Positions 97,851 through 113,419 are shown, counted from the first letter of the stretch. The stretch is DNA of 124,000 bases from Octopus vulgaris (GCA_951406725.2 OX597815.1:189864001-189988000); one strand, 5' to 3'. Translations and numbers: made by a program. Notes: generated from the letters alone by a model not told the origin.

Positions 97851-100800
97851 GACGGGCTTCTTTCAGTTTCTGTCTACCAAATCCATTCACAAGGCTTTGG
97901 CCAGCCCGAGACTATAGTAGAAGACATTTGCCCAAGGTGCCACGCAGTGGGACTGAACCTGTAACCATGTTGTTGGTAAGCAAGCTACTTACTACACAGC
98001 CACTCCCGTGCCTACGGATTAGATAAATTTTGCTAGAAAAAGTATCAAAATTTCACTGAAATGTATTCCAATACTTTAAAAAAGGAAGAACACATTGGAT
98101 AATGTAATCCCAAATATATGCGAATAAAAGATTGAATGGTCATGGCTTGAATGCCTTTGATCTATGATCTGCTCAGTCAGGCTTAACCTGGGGCTAAACA
98201 ACAACAATAGCTGTGTTTATGCAAGTCAATGAGGAAACAACAACAACAAAATTAGGAGCACTCAGCCAGTTATGACGACAAGGGTCCCAGCTGATATGAC
98301 TAAAGGAACAGCTTGCTTGTGAAATTAATGTGCAAGTGGCTGAATACTCCACAGACACGTGTACCCTTAATGTCATTCTCAGGGAGATTCAGCATGACAT
98401 AGTGTGACAAGGCTGGCCCTTTGAATTTACAGGTATTTTTCATTTTTGCCAGCTGAATGGACTGGAGCAACGTGAAATAAAGTGTCTTGCTCAAGGACAC
98501 AACACATAGCCAGGAATTGAACTCACGACCTACAATCGAAAGCCAAATGCCCTAACCACTAAACCATGCACCTTCATAACAACAACAACAGCCAACAACT
98601 CCATATGTATATCTTCAGCCAAAGAAACGTCTTCGTATTTCTAGTCATTATTTATACATCTCTGACTAGTTAATCACGGGGATGGTCATGGCTGGAATAC
98701 CAATGATATAAATTTGCTCGATCAGAGTTGACCTGGTGGGTGTGTGAGAAAGGGCTACTGACAACTGTATTTACAATTCTACTTCACTTCCAAGAGCTAG
98801 ACAGATCAATAATAGAAAACAGGAGATGTATGCAGAGTGCGTAGTAATACTAATATGATATTTCCATTTCATATTTGCTGCGCTGTTTATGAGCATAATA
98901 TACTGTCATTTAAGCAGATGATGTTTATTCTGTACACTCTAGTTCAGTAGCTGCTACACACCAACGTTAGAACAATGGATAATTGACGAGCAATGAATAA
99001 ATGATGAGCAGATCTGTGGCTTACAGTTTTGGCATTAGATTCTTACTAAAGATATTTTGTTCTTTATGAGACACAGAAAGAAAGCACTCTGTAGTGTATT
99101 TATATATATATATATATATATATGAGTTGTTTTTCTTTTATTCTGATACAGAAATGGACTGCAAGATTGATTATAAACCCAAGAGTATTGGGCTATTTCT
99201 ACAGACAGTTCTTAAGAAATTAAGATTAGTATTTTCCATCATAAATATTTGTTACCAATTAACTGATATTAAAGTTCTTGGTAATATAATGTGATATTAT
99301 TGCTGTTGCATTTTATGTTTTTATGGATTATGTTACAGAAATTATCATATGTGTAATGAGAATTGATTTTCTTGATGGGAAGCCTCTAACAGTGCAGCTT
99401 GACCAGACATATGCTGAGAAAGTAGATGAAAAGGCATTCAATAAGTACTTCTAGTCATAACTAGTTTGTCTTTCGGGGAGATATGCAATCGTAAAATTAA
99501 GGGGTGCTTTAAAATAAAGGGCTTAAAGTATGCAATATATTTGTAAAATTTATCATGAGGTTTGTTTTTTTTAAGGCAGTTTTAACTCTGGCATTGAAGT
99601 GGTTAAGTGATGCCATAAAAGTCCCTGCCACAGCTTGCTTCCAACCCTAATGGTATTGACGGTGAGCTGGCAGAATCGTTAGCACGCCAGGCGAAATGCT
99701 TAGCAGTATTTCGTCTGCCGCTACATTCTGAGTTCAAATTCCACCGAGGTCAACTTTGCCCTTCATCCTTTTGGGTCGATTAAATAAGTACCAGTTACAC
99801 ACTGGGGTCGACATAATCGACTTAATTCGTTTGTCTGTCCTTGTTTGTCCCCTCTGTGTTTAGCCCCTTGTGGGTAGTAAAGAAATAGGTATTTCCTCTG
99901 TTTTTACATTCTGAGTTCAAATTCCGCCAAGGACGACTTAGCCTTTCATCCTTTCGAGGTCGATTAGATAAGTACCAGTTACGCACTGGAGTCAATATAA
100001 TCGACTTAAGCCCCTTGTGGGTAGTAAAGAAATGGGTATTCTTTCAGTTTTTCTTTTACTCTGTTACTCGTTTAACTGTTTCAGCCATTAGACTGTGGCC
100101 ATGCTGGGACACCACCTTGAAGACTTTAGTTGATCAAGTTATCCCTTATATTCAAAGTTTGGTACTTATCCTAATAGTCTGTTTATTATTGAACTGCTGT
100201 GTTGGAGGGACATAAACAAACTAACACCAGTTAGCTGTCTGTGAGAGAGACAAACACACAGAGAAAGATGCACACACCATACTCTTGCTCTTCCCCCCAC
100301 TATCCATCTTTACTTTTTGTCGCCTCTGCCATTGCCAATCACCCCCTTATTGACACCACCCTACACATAGCCCCCACCTTCTCCCCAGCCACTTGTTCCT
100401 TCCTCCCTTTCACACATTCTGTTCCTTCAGATGTTCTTGCATCTGTTTGTCTTTTCTTTTCTCTCTCTAATTCTGTTTGTCTTTTCTTTTCACTCTTTAA
100501 TTCCACCCTACATTCACTTAACCAAATTTACCCTAAATCAGTATTTCTCAACCAGGGTTCATGTTGACCACTAGCATTTGGCCCGGCGTGCTAACGTTTC
100601 TGCCAGCTTGCTGCCTTACATAAAATATGTATTCTTTTCTACTCTAGGCATAAGGCCCAAAATTTTTGGGGAGAGACCCAGCCAATTAGATCGATTCCAA
100701 TTCACAACTGGTACTTGATTTATCAACCCTCGAAAGGTGAAAGGCAAAGTCGACCTCGGTGGAATTTGAACTCAGGATGTAAAGACAGACGAAATACCAC

Positions 100801-102299
100801 TAAGCATTTCACCCGGTATGCTAACGTTTCTGCCAGCTCGCCACCTTGAATGGATAACATTTTTTAATTTTTTTATTTATCTAGTTTCAGCTCACATGCT
100901 GTGGCCATGCTGGGGCACCGCCATTTGGTGTTGCTACATGATTTTACTTCACGAGTGCTTTTTAGCAATTGCCATTTGGTGCATGAGAGAGTTCGATGCA
101001 GCTGCCCTCATCTGCACCTCCTGCCATGAAGTTGGTTCATCTGGGATGCCTGACAAGAAGAGATCCAGTTTCATTTTAAAGACATCTGCGTCCACCCCAT
101101 GCATGTCTCTTAGGTTCTTAGCATATAATGCTAAATAAAAAACCGGATGACTACAGCTGGAATGTGGATCCCTTTGTTTCTTATTTTATGGATCATAGGT
101201 CTGCTGGATCAAATTTAATCTGATAATAAAAAAATACAGTATTGCACTATAGGGACAATTATTGTCTTTTGTATTGGTGTCATTGGCAAGTATATATATG
101301 TTGGAAAGTATATATATGTAGTTATAAGATCTAAGGACCTAAGCGTAAGAAGTTTGTAAGCTTCAAGCAGTCCTTGGTGAGTAAAAAAAAATGTACAGGA
101401 ACAATAGCAACTTATTGGTGCCAAAGGCTGTAGGCTTTCAAATTATATCTATAGTGAGTTAAGTTGGGGTTCCTTAATGACAAAGTAATCTTCATATAAT
101501 TAATGTATCTGCAGCCTAGTGAGTAGCTAGTTGAGTACTCCTCATTGAGTAATTATGACATCAGAGGGTCAACTAGCTAGGAAACATATGCAGACTGGAT
101601 TTTAACTGCTCCTCTCCCTTAATTTGGATGTGTGTATGTCTGTCTGTCTGTGTCTATATTTGTTATTAGTGACAAGCAGTAATAGTTCAGAATAGCATTC
101701 TGTATATCTTACTCAATGTGGTTATGGTCTAGAAGCCAGAAAGTCTATGAGATGCTTTCTCAAGATGAATACCGCAGTAGTGTGGCTTTCTATAGTATAT
101801 ATCCAAGTAAACGGAAAAATATATACGTACATGCATACATAAATACATATACCCAATGCAGGAAAAGCAGTAAAATGTGACAACCGATGCACACCTTGCG
101901 TAGTTAACTCCAAAGATACCACCCACATCATATGCAGTTGTCCAAAAATGTCCTCATGGTATTATCTACATTGTAATCCAACATCAGACAGTTGTAAGAC
102001 CCACTCCGGTATCACACTATAGTTAACTAGACAAGTAAGGACATGACTGTCTATAACCAGCTTTGCCAACTTCTTGACCCCTCAACGTCCTATGTCACAG
102101 TATTTATAATGACTATCACATACCACTCATCGTGTGGGAGGGGTGTTCCATTATTACTATTATCCCCATAACGTCTCCACTTTTAATTTTGATTTTTTTC
102201 TCCTAGGGAGTGTAATTTTATTTCTTTTTATTAACAATAGTTTTTACATCACCCTACCTCCTTTTCGGGTTTTTGTTTTTTCATACAGTTATAAATTTA

Positions 102300-103000
102300 A
102301 TATTTTCCCGTTTGACATCCACTTCCAGGGACTCAGTACATTTTCTTCACTTAGCTTAAAACCTCATTCTCTTATCTTTTTGACAACCCTTTTTACATGT
102401 TCTAAATGTTGTTCGTGTGATCCACTTTTTATTAGGACATCATCTAGATTGGCAATAGTAAAATCACAGTCTGCCTGCATTGTATCCATTACTTGTTGAA
102501 ATACAGAAGGAGCCACTTTTGCACCAAAGGGAAGCCGTTCAAATTTAAACAAGCCACAGTGTGTATTAACGGCTAAGTGTGAGCATTCTTCTACTTGGAT
102601 AGGTAAATATGCCTCTGAGAGGTCTAATTTTGAGAAGAATTTCTCTCCATTCAATTATGCAAACACTTCTTCAGGACTCAGCGATGGGTAATTATGCGAG
102701 ATTAAGCAATCGTTCAAACCCATCGAAAAATATGCCCCAACTCATAACTTATTATTTTTCTTTTACATAGACCATAGGTGCTGTTCAATCTAAGTGGTCT
102801 GTCTTCTCAATTATTCTTAGCCTTTCAAGTCTTTCAAATTCCCTATTTACCTCTTCTAGCACCGTGAACGTTACATTATGCTTTTGGCTTAAATACAGGT
102901 GTTACGGTTTATTTTAATGCAATATTTTCCTTTGTTTTCATACAGCAGCCCAGTTCATTCGAAAAAACATCTGGGAATAAATGTTTTATTTTTCATTTCA
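102300..103000 (-). pseudogene. Gypsy reverse transcriptase fragment
   Basis: FSKLDLSEAYLPI..GLFKFERLPFGAKVAPSVFQQVMD..NLDDVLI. Confidence 0.9.
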
Positions 103001-103189
103001 ATCCCTCAGCCGCATTCAAACCTTTGACTGAACCAACTATATTCCCACACAAAACACTTATGGGTGTATTTTACAATTTGAACAGTTCCATGCACTCTGA
103101 ACTGAATAGATTAACTGCATTTTTTAACACATATACTTTTGCCATTTTCATTTGGTCACAAATTGTCACATTACTGGGGTACCAGTCTT

Positions 103190-103790
103190 TCTCTTTTCCC
103201 TACCCTCTGCCTTCAGCACTTGACATTTTTATAGAGAACCCATTTCTTGTCACCACTATTCAGTCTAAAAATGGTTCATTCGTAAGACATGACAGCAAAA
103301 GAGAGCACACATTCAATGTCTGCGCGCGATGAGACTCAATAAGTTTGTGAAGAGCCTGCTGACTCAATTTGCTGACTTTTCCAATGGCATGTAGGTGTTG
103401 ATGAATGGTTGAATGACCAAATCCAAGCTTCTCTGCTAGTTCCTCAACCGTTAGGGTTTGCAGGACATCATCATCGAGCTCTGCAGATCTTCCAGGATAA
103501 GGCTCCTCTTCTAGGCTGTAGTTCCCAGCTTGCAATTTTGGGAACTACCGCTGATACTGGCTTATTGTCCAATCTCCATATACTACATTAATATTCTTCG
103601 CACTTTCCTTTGTGTTGTTGCCGTTATTGAACTCATAAAGCAAAATATGCCGAATATGCTCCTTTGTTACTTCCATAATAGCTTTGAAAAAATAACTGTT
103701 AAAATCGAACTGCACTCTTCAAAACTTGCACTAAGAATAAGGAACACGGTAAAATTACTACCTGCTTTTATAACAAATTGATATAGGTAG
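103190..103790 (-). pseudogene. Mariner 5' fragment inserted in the Gypsy element
   Basis: SLEEEPYPGRS..LGFGHSTIHQHLHAIGKVSKL..DKKWVLYKNVK; same family as 25165-26030. Confidence 0.85.
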
Positions 103791-104248
103791 TTTATCCCAT
103801 CTCTCTCCAACTTTTAGTTAACAAACAAGTGGTATGTGATAGTCATGGTATGTGATAGTCATTACAAATACTGTGACATCACAAAAATCAAATTATCTAT
103901 AGGCTGACCCAATACTTCCAAGTTTCTTCAGTTACAGTATCTAACTGCATTTTAACTCTTATATTATATTTTCAATCAACACATTTACGAATTCCCTCTT
104001 TGTCGCATTACCATTTTCTTTTGACAACATCTTGTTTACTTTTTCCTTTGTTCCAACGTTTTGTCATCTTGGTTTTTCAGGGCACTTTTATATATCCAGT
104101 TTTTCCACAACAGAAACATCCCACGTTCTTAAATGGACAGTTTTTTTCTCAGCTATAGACCGCCACATTCAAAACATGGCTTTGTTTCCTGACTTTTGTC
104201 CTGTTTCTACTGTATTTCAGTACAAACACGATTTCTATTCTGCCTGTT

Positions 104249-105060
104249 TTACACTTGTTTCGCTTGGGAACAATCTTTATGTTCAATTTTGTCTGTGACA
104301 TGTCTTCGATTTACTACTCTTTCACACTCTTCTGGCACTTGTGGTAAGGTTACAGCCTGGTTGTGTTCCAGTTTAGCAAGAATTCTTGTTCTTATTTCTG
104401 TGCTTTTTTCTGCCATTAGCCCCTGAGTAAATATCAGGCACTTGAGCATGTCTGGCATTAACTCATCCAGTTTGAACTTTTCACATTCTGTGTCAACTCT
104501 ACCAACATATGTGATGTAGTCCTCCTCATTGTTCTTTCCTAGATTCAAACATTTCCAGCATGTATTGAACAACAAGCTTTTCTTGCTAAAAATTCTACAC
104601 AATATGTCTTTTGTATTTTTAAAGTTTATATCAAAAGGGTTTTGCGGGAGTATGGAATTTCTGTGACCCTCATGTTCTTCTGCTGCCAGTTTTCTTAGGA
104701 TCAGACACGTATTCATATCGTCATCCCAATCTTTGCACTCTTTACTGAAGATCTGTTTGTATCTTATATAGTACACCTTGAAGTTAACTCCTTCATCTGG
104801 TTCGTATCGGAATTCTGTTAATTGAGTTTGCAACATTATCTGGTGAGAACATGTCCTTTCAGCATTTTTGGATAACTTACTATTCATTAATTGCAATATC
104901 TGCTGCTGTAATAATAACTGTTGTTGCAGTTGCTGTAATTGTTGTTGTTGTTGCAGCTCGAGCAAAGTGACCAACAATTCTTCCATAATTTTACAATTTT
105001 GTATATCATAAAATTCACACAAAAAACTGTTGTGAGTTTCATAACTCCTTGTGAATTTGT
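104249..105060 (-). pseudogene. Gypsy gag-like ORF
   Basis: EFRYEPDEGVNFKVYY..CEKFKLDELMPDMLKCLIFTQGL. Confidence 0.75.
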
Positions 105061-106069
105061 TTGATCCTAGTGAGTTTGTTAATTTCTTATCACCACTATT
105101 ATAATCCAACTGTACTCCGGTATAGCAATACAGTTAGTTAGACAAGACACGACTATCTATGATTAACTTCAACTTCTCAATCACTTGACTTCCTACATCA
105201 CAGTATTTGTAACGACTAGCACAACCACATATCACATGGGAGGAGTGTTCTATAATTATCATTATCCCCATAACAATCTACCAATGAGACATGATATTGT
105301 AGCTAGGACACTGTATTACAAGATCCATCAAAAGGATAACCCTGAGTACAAAGAAATAAGAAACCACAGTATTGTAGAAGCCATAGCCACTCATAATAAA
105401 AAGGAATACTGGTGGAATGTCTCAGTGAAAACTTCAATAAAATGTAAGCACAACAGACCTGATATAATGATTTGGGATAGAGAAGAGAAACTGTGCACAG
105501 TTGTAGAAATTAGCTGCCCAACAGATGTTAACATAAAGCTGAAGATCAGTGTAAAAGAGAACACCTATGCTGAACTATTGAGAAATCTACAGTTACTCTA
105601 TCCAGATTACAAGTTCAGGTTTATACCTGTAGTTATTGGGGCTCTGTAATATGTAACACACTGCCTAAATACTAATCTTGAGAAATTAGGCTTTTCAAAT
105701 CCAGGAAGGAGAAAGCTAATTCGAAGACTACAGATCCAATCCATCACTGGAACTGTAAAAATCTGTAAAACTTTCCAGAAGTTTATCATTTAAATATATA
105801 TGAGCATGTCTAGATATGCAACTATATGCATGAGAATACTTACATAAAACAGAACATACAAATCTAAACATATACATACATACATACATACAAAAATACC
105901 CTGTTGTTGATGTTGAAATTCCAATGAAGTATCCTTGGATCTTGGTTAGAAACTAACTCTTTCCCTATTGGCAAGAAATCTTGAAATAAAACTGAATAAT
106001 GACATACATACATAACATATACATACATACATACATACATATATACATAAATAATATATACATACATAA

Positions 106070-106168
<99 letters not shown>

Positions 106169-109100
106169 ATATATATATATATATATATACATACATACAT
106201 ACATACGTACATACGTATGTATGTATAGACGTGTATGTGTTTATGTATGTATATATAAATATATATATACATATATATAAACATATACATACATACATAT
106301 ATGCATGCATGCATGTATGCATACATACATGGATGCATGCATACATACATATATACATAAAAAAATACACACACATTCACACACATATATGTATGTATGT
106401 ATGTATGTATATATGTACATCTTAAGTATGTAGAACATTTTTCATTACTTGAAATTGTGCCAAGACTGCTATCATTCTTATGGCATTATTTCCAGCTATC
106501 AAAGTCATGATGGTGACAACTTCCCGACTTTATTATTATTGCTTCATCGTCTTTTTTGTTAAATGATTATAGCTTCTTCAGGCTCTCAACATATTATTAA
106601 AGTTTATCAATTCTTTGATTTATATACTCAATGGCAGCATTGCTAGACACATTTTATATAACCATGTAGTATCGTTTTGTTTGATATCAATATTAAAATG
106701 CCATATTAGATTATATGGAAACTACGCGTCTATTTCCCATGGGAGATATTAATTTTGCCATTTTCTTTGATATAATATTAACAGTTATTTGATGTGGGTT
106801 TTCTAACATTGCATTTTTTATTGTATTTTTTTGTTATTATTATTATTTTTTTTTGTAAGTATTGGATGTGTTGATGAATAATATTATTATATATTACAAT
106901 AGACCAAACTACTTAAATTTTCCAACTTTTAGATGTTTCATGAATGATAAAACAGAATGATAAAACTAACCAACAAGTTATTTTCCTGAAATATTTACAT
107001 CTTCACTTCAAAATATTCATATTATTTTCAGACTGATATTACCCAGAATTGATATTCTAATCTAATATCAAAGAATTTGTCAATTTTCTGAAATTTCTTT
107101 AGTGTAATTTTCTAGTTTGCCAAACACAATAGCTACGTTATTATTGGAAGATATTCCTTGGTTTCTTAACCAAAAATTTCATTTTTGATAGGGTTATTTT
107201 TTATTTGTTTTTTATCATTTATCTTTTACTTGTTTCAGTCATTAGACTGTGGCCATGCTGGGGCACCACCTTGAAGAATTTTTAGTTGAATAAATTCACC
107301 CCCCATGTACTTCTTGTTTATATTTTTTTAAAGCCTGGTACTTCTTTTATCACTCTCTTTAGCTGAAATATTATCAAGTTATGGGGGTCATAAACCCACC
107401 GACACCAGTTTTCAAGTGTTAGTGGGAAACAAACACAGGTACAGAGATATACACACACTCATACATACATACATGCATGCACACACACATGCATACACAC
107501 ATACACATGCACACACACACACACATGCACACATGACAGGCTTCTTTCAGTTTTCATCTACCAGATCCACTGATAAGGTTTAGATCAGCCTGAAGTTATA
107601 TTGGAAGACACTTGTGCAAGGTGCCACGCAGTAGGATTGAACCTGGAACCACGTGGCTGAAAAGTAAACTTCTTACCAAGCAGCCATACCTGTTGTGACT
107701 TTTGTTTCATTTTTCTCATTCAGTTGTGTTCCCCTTGTATTGGCTGGTTCCTTTCTCTCTGAAGTTCTCTTTAGAGATTTTTGTCTGCTACAGTAATGAA
107801 TTCTTACAAAGAATTTGAGATTATTATTATTATTATAGGATATTATTTACCATGGATCGTGGGGCGACCTGCTGTGGTTGAGGAGACCTATTGAGTCAAG
107901 TACATCAACATCAAAATAAAAATCAAATGGAAATTGTAGTTGTGATACCCTTGCCAGTGGCACATAAAAAGCACCATCTGAACATGGGCGATGCCAGCCT
108001 CCTCTGGCCCCTGTGCCGGTGGCACGTAAAAAGCACCCACTACACTCACAGAGTGGTTGGTGTTAGGAGGAGCATCTAGCTGTAGAAACACTGCCAGATC
108101 AGACTGGTGCAGCTTCCTGGCTTTCCAGACCCCAGTCGAACCATCCAACCCATGCTAGCATAAAAAACGGACGTTAAATGAAGCACAAGGTTTCAAAACT
108201 TTTGTGGGAAGATCAGTCATTTGAATCATTCCAATTTAATATATCAACCCCAAAAAGAACGTAAACTAAAGCTGACATAGTAAAGCTGACCTTTGCTGTT
108301 ACCAAACATTCCCTTACTGACACTGGCCCTCAAATATCCCTGACCTGCCCCACCAGAATCTTGCTTCTTTTTGTCTCCCACTCATTCTGGTCCTTCTGTT
108401 ATCTTTGTTCTCTGTCTGTTTGTTTCTCTGGTATTGTTGGCTTTTGATACCAAACAACCCACGACTGTCTATTGCTCCATGTTAAAAATTCCTTGTTTTA
108501 AAGCAATCTAAATTAAAACCTATAAAAATTCTTTATTAATTTACATTCCGAACACTAGTTTGATAACACTTTTACTCTTTTACTTGTTTCAGTCATTTGA
108601 CTGTGGCCATATTGGAGCACCACCTTTAGTCAAGCAAATTGACCCCAGGACTTATTCTTTGTAAGCCTAGTACTTATTCTATCAGTCTCTTTTGCCAAAC
108701 CACTAAGTTATGGGGACATAAACACACCAGCATCGGTTTGTCGGGGGACAAACACAGACACACAAACATATACATGCATATGCATACATACATACATATA
108801 CATATATAGGACGGGCTTCTTTCAGTTTCCATCTGCCAAATCCACTTACAAGGCCATGGCTATAGTAGAAGACACTTGCCCAAGGTGCCACACAGTGGGA
108901 CTGAACCCAAAACCATGTGGTTCGTAAGCAAGCTACTTACCACACAGCTACTCCTACAAACAAGTTATATTAAATTCTTCATTATTTTTAAAATGAATTC
109001 TAACAATGGTTGTGTATTTCATCAGAAATGTAATAACAAAAGGGTTAATCTCAGCTTAAACCTTGTCAAACAGCTCAACCATCAAAGATAATCTAGATGT

Positions 109101-110294
109101 GACCACCTTATCTTTTATATTTCAGAAATAGAATGCATTTGACAACAATATTAAATATATTTGCTTTGATCTTGAAAGTCAAAGTTGACCTTTGAACTCC
109201 AGAGTTGGAATAAATACTACAAGGTATTTTTCTCAAAGCATTAACTATTTATTAATCTATCTCTGACATTTTTGTATTTTACAAGAAGGATTTCAAACAG
109301 AAGTACAAATTTGCAAATTTTTGTGGCTAAAGGAGGAGTCAGTTATAAATGACCCCAGTAAATAATGAGTACCAAGTTACTTTAACACCCTAGAAAGAAT
109401 AAAAGGTAGAGTCACATTTGGTGGGATTTGAAGTCAGATAATAAAAAGCTGTAACCAACTACCACAAGGCACTCTATTCATTCTGCCAATCTGCCAGTCT
109501 CATCATCACCATCATCATCATCATCATCATCGTTTAACATCCGTTTTCTGCGCTAGCATGGGTTGGACGGTTCGACTGGGGTCTGGGAAGCCAGGAGGCC
109601 GCACCAGGCTCCAGTCTGATCTGGCAGTGTTTCTACAGCTGGATGCCCTTCCTAACGCCAACCACTCCGTGAGTGTAGTGGGTGCTTTTTACATGCCACC
109701 GGCACAGGTGCCAGGGGAGTCTGGCAGCGGCCACAATCAGTGCCAGACTCCCTTGGTACCTGTGCCAGTGGCACGTAAAAAGCACCATTCTTAATAATAT
109801 CGGATTTTGTTTGTTAAATGATTTTAAAAAAATAATTTATGAACACAGTGCAAGTATAACTATATGGTTCAGGAGCATGCTTCATAACCACATGAGTTTA
109901 GGTTCAGTTCCACTGCATGGCACCTGAGACAAGTGTCATGTACTACAGCCTCAGTTAACCTGATATCTTGTGAAGGATTCACAAGATACAAAAGAAGTTT
110001 TGTCCCATCTTAAATCCTTTCTACTGTAGACACAAGGCCTGAAATTTTGGGGGGCAGAGAGTAAGACATTTACATAAGCCCCCCAATGCTCAACCGGTAC
110101 TTAATTCATTAACCCTGAAAGAATAAAAGGCAAAGTCGACCTCAGTGAAATTTGAACTCAGAATAAGGGCATCCAGCTGTAGAAACTCTGCCAGATCAAG
110201 ATTGGAGCCTGGTGCAGCCATCTGGTTTGCCAGCCCTCAGTCAAATCGTCCAACTCATGCTAGCATGGAAAGCGGACGTTAAACGATGATGATA

Positions 110295-110326
<32 letters not shown>

Positions 110327-111749
110327 TGCAGCCTGGCATGTTAAAGATTCTGCCAGCTTGCTACCTTATGCCTGCAACTTATATCAAATTAATGTTTTGG
110401 TCCTAAGAATTAAATGGTTAAAAAATTTTTTTTTATATACTGGTTATTAGAGACTTATATTAACTGGTAATTGCAGAACTGGGTGCAGACTAAGGGATTT
110501 CCACCCCAGATATATTTTGTTATCTTACTTTAATACCTATGAGACTTTGTTTCATGGTGTTTTTTTTTTAGTTATTTTACAGCCTGTGTGCTGTCTTTAT
110601 TCTTTGCAACCTCTATATTTCCTAAGCCCAAAGAAAAACCCTTTATCAAGTCACTTCAACAGCTAAAAATAGCAACCAAATCTCCCTAGAATTACATCCT
110701 ACTTGAAGAATGTGCCACGACATTCTTTCATACTTTACTTGTTTAATTTATTGGATTCAGCCCATGCTGGAGCACCATCTTGATGGGGTTTTGTCAATCA
110801 AATCATCACCAGTATTATTTTAATCTTTTAGCATTCAGATTTTTCTTTTTGATTTAAAAAAAAAAAATTTTTTCTTGCAAGTACTCAGTGACCCTGTCAG
110901 TGCAGGTGCCACTTAAAAAGCACCCAGTCCGCATTGTAAATTGATTGGTATTTGAAAGAACATCCAGCTGTAAAAAGACTTGCCAAAACTGACCTCGCCT
111001 GTGCTTGTGCCATGTAAAAAGCACTAAGTCCACTCTGCTGAATGGTTGGTACTAGGAACGGCATCCAGCTGTAAAAAATCCTGTCAAAGCAATCACAGAA
111101 GTCTGGCACAGGCTTCTGCCTGACCAGCTTTTGTGAAACCGTCCCACCCATGCTAGCATGGAAGGCGGACATTAAACAAAGATGATTATTCCGTCAAGCA
111201 TAATGCTTATTATTCTCATTGTTTTGAATTAATCATACCTTTAAAATTTCGAGGATGTGAGTGTTTATTTTTAGAATGGTGTTGTAGGGTAAGTGTGAGA
111301 GGTAGGGTCTGGCTAGTTTTAACATAAAACAAGTAAAATATTTTGATTTTCAATATGTGACCACGTGTGTATCGTTGGTGATTTTCTTTCCCTGTCTTCC
111401 CTTCTTTGAACTTTTTCTATATTTCTGACAAAGAGCTCTGCTCAAAACGTGAAATCCACTTTCTTTTCTTTCCTTTCCTGAGCATCCAATAAGACTGTAC
111501 TTATTCCATGTCCTCACATTGTTGTTTTTCTTGCTTGTTCATGTTTGGATTAACTAGAATATTTTGGCGGGTCATTGCCAATTTAAATGCTAAATGGTTA
111601 GGCCCGGTACTTCTTCCATCAATCATTCTTTGCCAAACTGCTAATTTATGGAATTATCTTATATTTTGCAGTATTTCCAAATCCCAGAGTGTGGGATGCC
111701 ATCAAAAGTTACTTTTTTACTATAGCTAATCCATGCTATTCTGAGATAT

Positions 111750-112481
111750 TTTGTTATTTACATGCTCTCCTTAATATCAATGATTATCACACGGTTTGGT
111801 CTTTATAAACCAGACACCCCTTTATAAAATGTTCTCTGCTCTTTTGATATGATTTTGTGTTTTCCTAGTGTGAAAAACAGTTTGCCAGAAAGTACAGATA
111901 TCAATGTTTTATACATTATTGATAGACAGGTGATCAGTTGATAATAATTCTTCGGCTGATGGTGTCTAGATCTTGGTGGATACAAGTTACTTTGATTTCC
112001 ATTAACCAGCCTCTCATATTATTTGTGATTGTTCCAACTGAATGTTAAAAAGTCTTACAAGAACTTTGGGTGTGTTTATATGATATTTCAACCAAACGTT
112101 TGGCACTCTATCAGTTTCAGTCGATTCCATTTTGGTATTCTGGTTCTTTAATTTTTATCTATTTTTCTATATATTATATATATATTTTTTTCCCTTCTCT
112201 TTTGTTCGGTTTCCTCTGTAATCCACACTGCCTTTTCGCCGTAACTGACTGCTGCTTTTCTTCCATACGTCTTCTCAATATTTCTTTATTACTGGTTTTG
112301 TTGGTGATTCTTTAATCTTTATGTTTGACTTATTTAATCTTCTATAGAATGTTCTGGGTTTTCTTTCAAATAGTTCATTATGTTTAAAGAAGCATTCATG
112401 CCTCTCAAATTGCTTAATATGTTGTGTCTTTGCTGATATTTCTTGTCTTTCTCATTCTCTCTCTCTGTATATATATATACA

Positions 112482-112556
<75 letters not shown>

Positions 112557-113419
112557 ATATCCATCTATCTATCATCTGTCTATCTCTTTTTTACTGTGAC
112601 TTCTTTTCCTTGATGTGATATTGTATTTTCTTAATATATATTATTTTGCTTCCATATTCTAATATTTGAGTTTCCTGTCTTCTGTTTACTCAGTATTGAT
112701 AGATTCCTAGCATCTTCCTTGAATCACATTTTTTTTTCTTCACGTTGCTATTATGGGTTTGTGTGAATATTCATTTGTCTTCTCAAGAATGTGTCTTCAT
112801 ATATTTTTTTTTTTATACATATAGTCACAGTAACAGAATAAATGAATTAGTTTACAAGTGAAGGGAAGAGAATCTATATGTTCTTTCAGCCCGCTAAAAA
112901 TAATAACCATTTCCTAAATTGTACCTTATAATGCTTGCTTCATCCATTACCCTTGTGACAAATAAAAGAAATCATTATATTTACTTTCAATGCAAGCTCC
113001 CAACACTTTTTGTAATTTCCCCTCATTCATCACATTTATGGTAATAATAAAAAATTATTATTATTATTATTATTATCATTATTGTTGTTATTATTATTAT
113101 TATTTCTTTTTTGCGCCCTTTTCAAGGCTAGCCAGGCTCATGGGCCCGGTTTCCCGGTTTCTATGGCGTATGTGTTCCCTCCAACTGGACGGGACGCCAA
113201 TCCATCGCAGCGTTACTCAAGAAACAGGAAGAGAGAGTGAGAGAAAGTTGGGGTGAAAGAGTACAACAGGGGTCACCACCACCCCCTGCCGGAGCCTCGT
113301 GGAGCTTTAGGTGTTTTCACTGAATAAACACACACAACGCCCGGTCTGGGAATCGATACTGTGATCCTCCGACCACAAGTCCGCTGCTCTAACCACTGAG
113401 CCACAACGCCTCCACATCA

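Larger units (their letters stand above)
101970..105275 (-). mobile_element. Degraded Gypsy (K02A2.6-like) LTR retrotransposon
   Basis: LTRs 101970-102173 and 105098-105275; TSD ATCTAC; PBS-like AGTGGTGAT; PPT AAAAGTGGAGA. Confidence 0.85.
101725..106000 (+). mobile_element. R4/NeSL-type LINE 3' part (CCHC + restriction-like endonuclease), split by a Gypsy element
   Basis: CDNRCTPC..DTTHIICSCPKMSSWYY|LPMRHD..NRPDIMIWD..VEISCP..K..Y. Confidence 0.85.

Noticed and set aside
99340-99460. MRIDFLDGKPLTVQLD.. FERM/RA-like exon
   Set aside because: Weak donor, runs to a stop, equally good acceptor on opposite strand; resemblance too short
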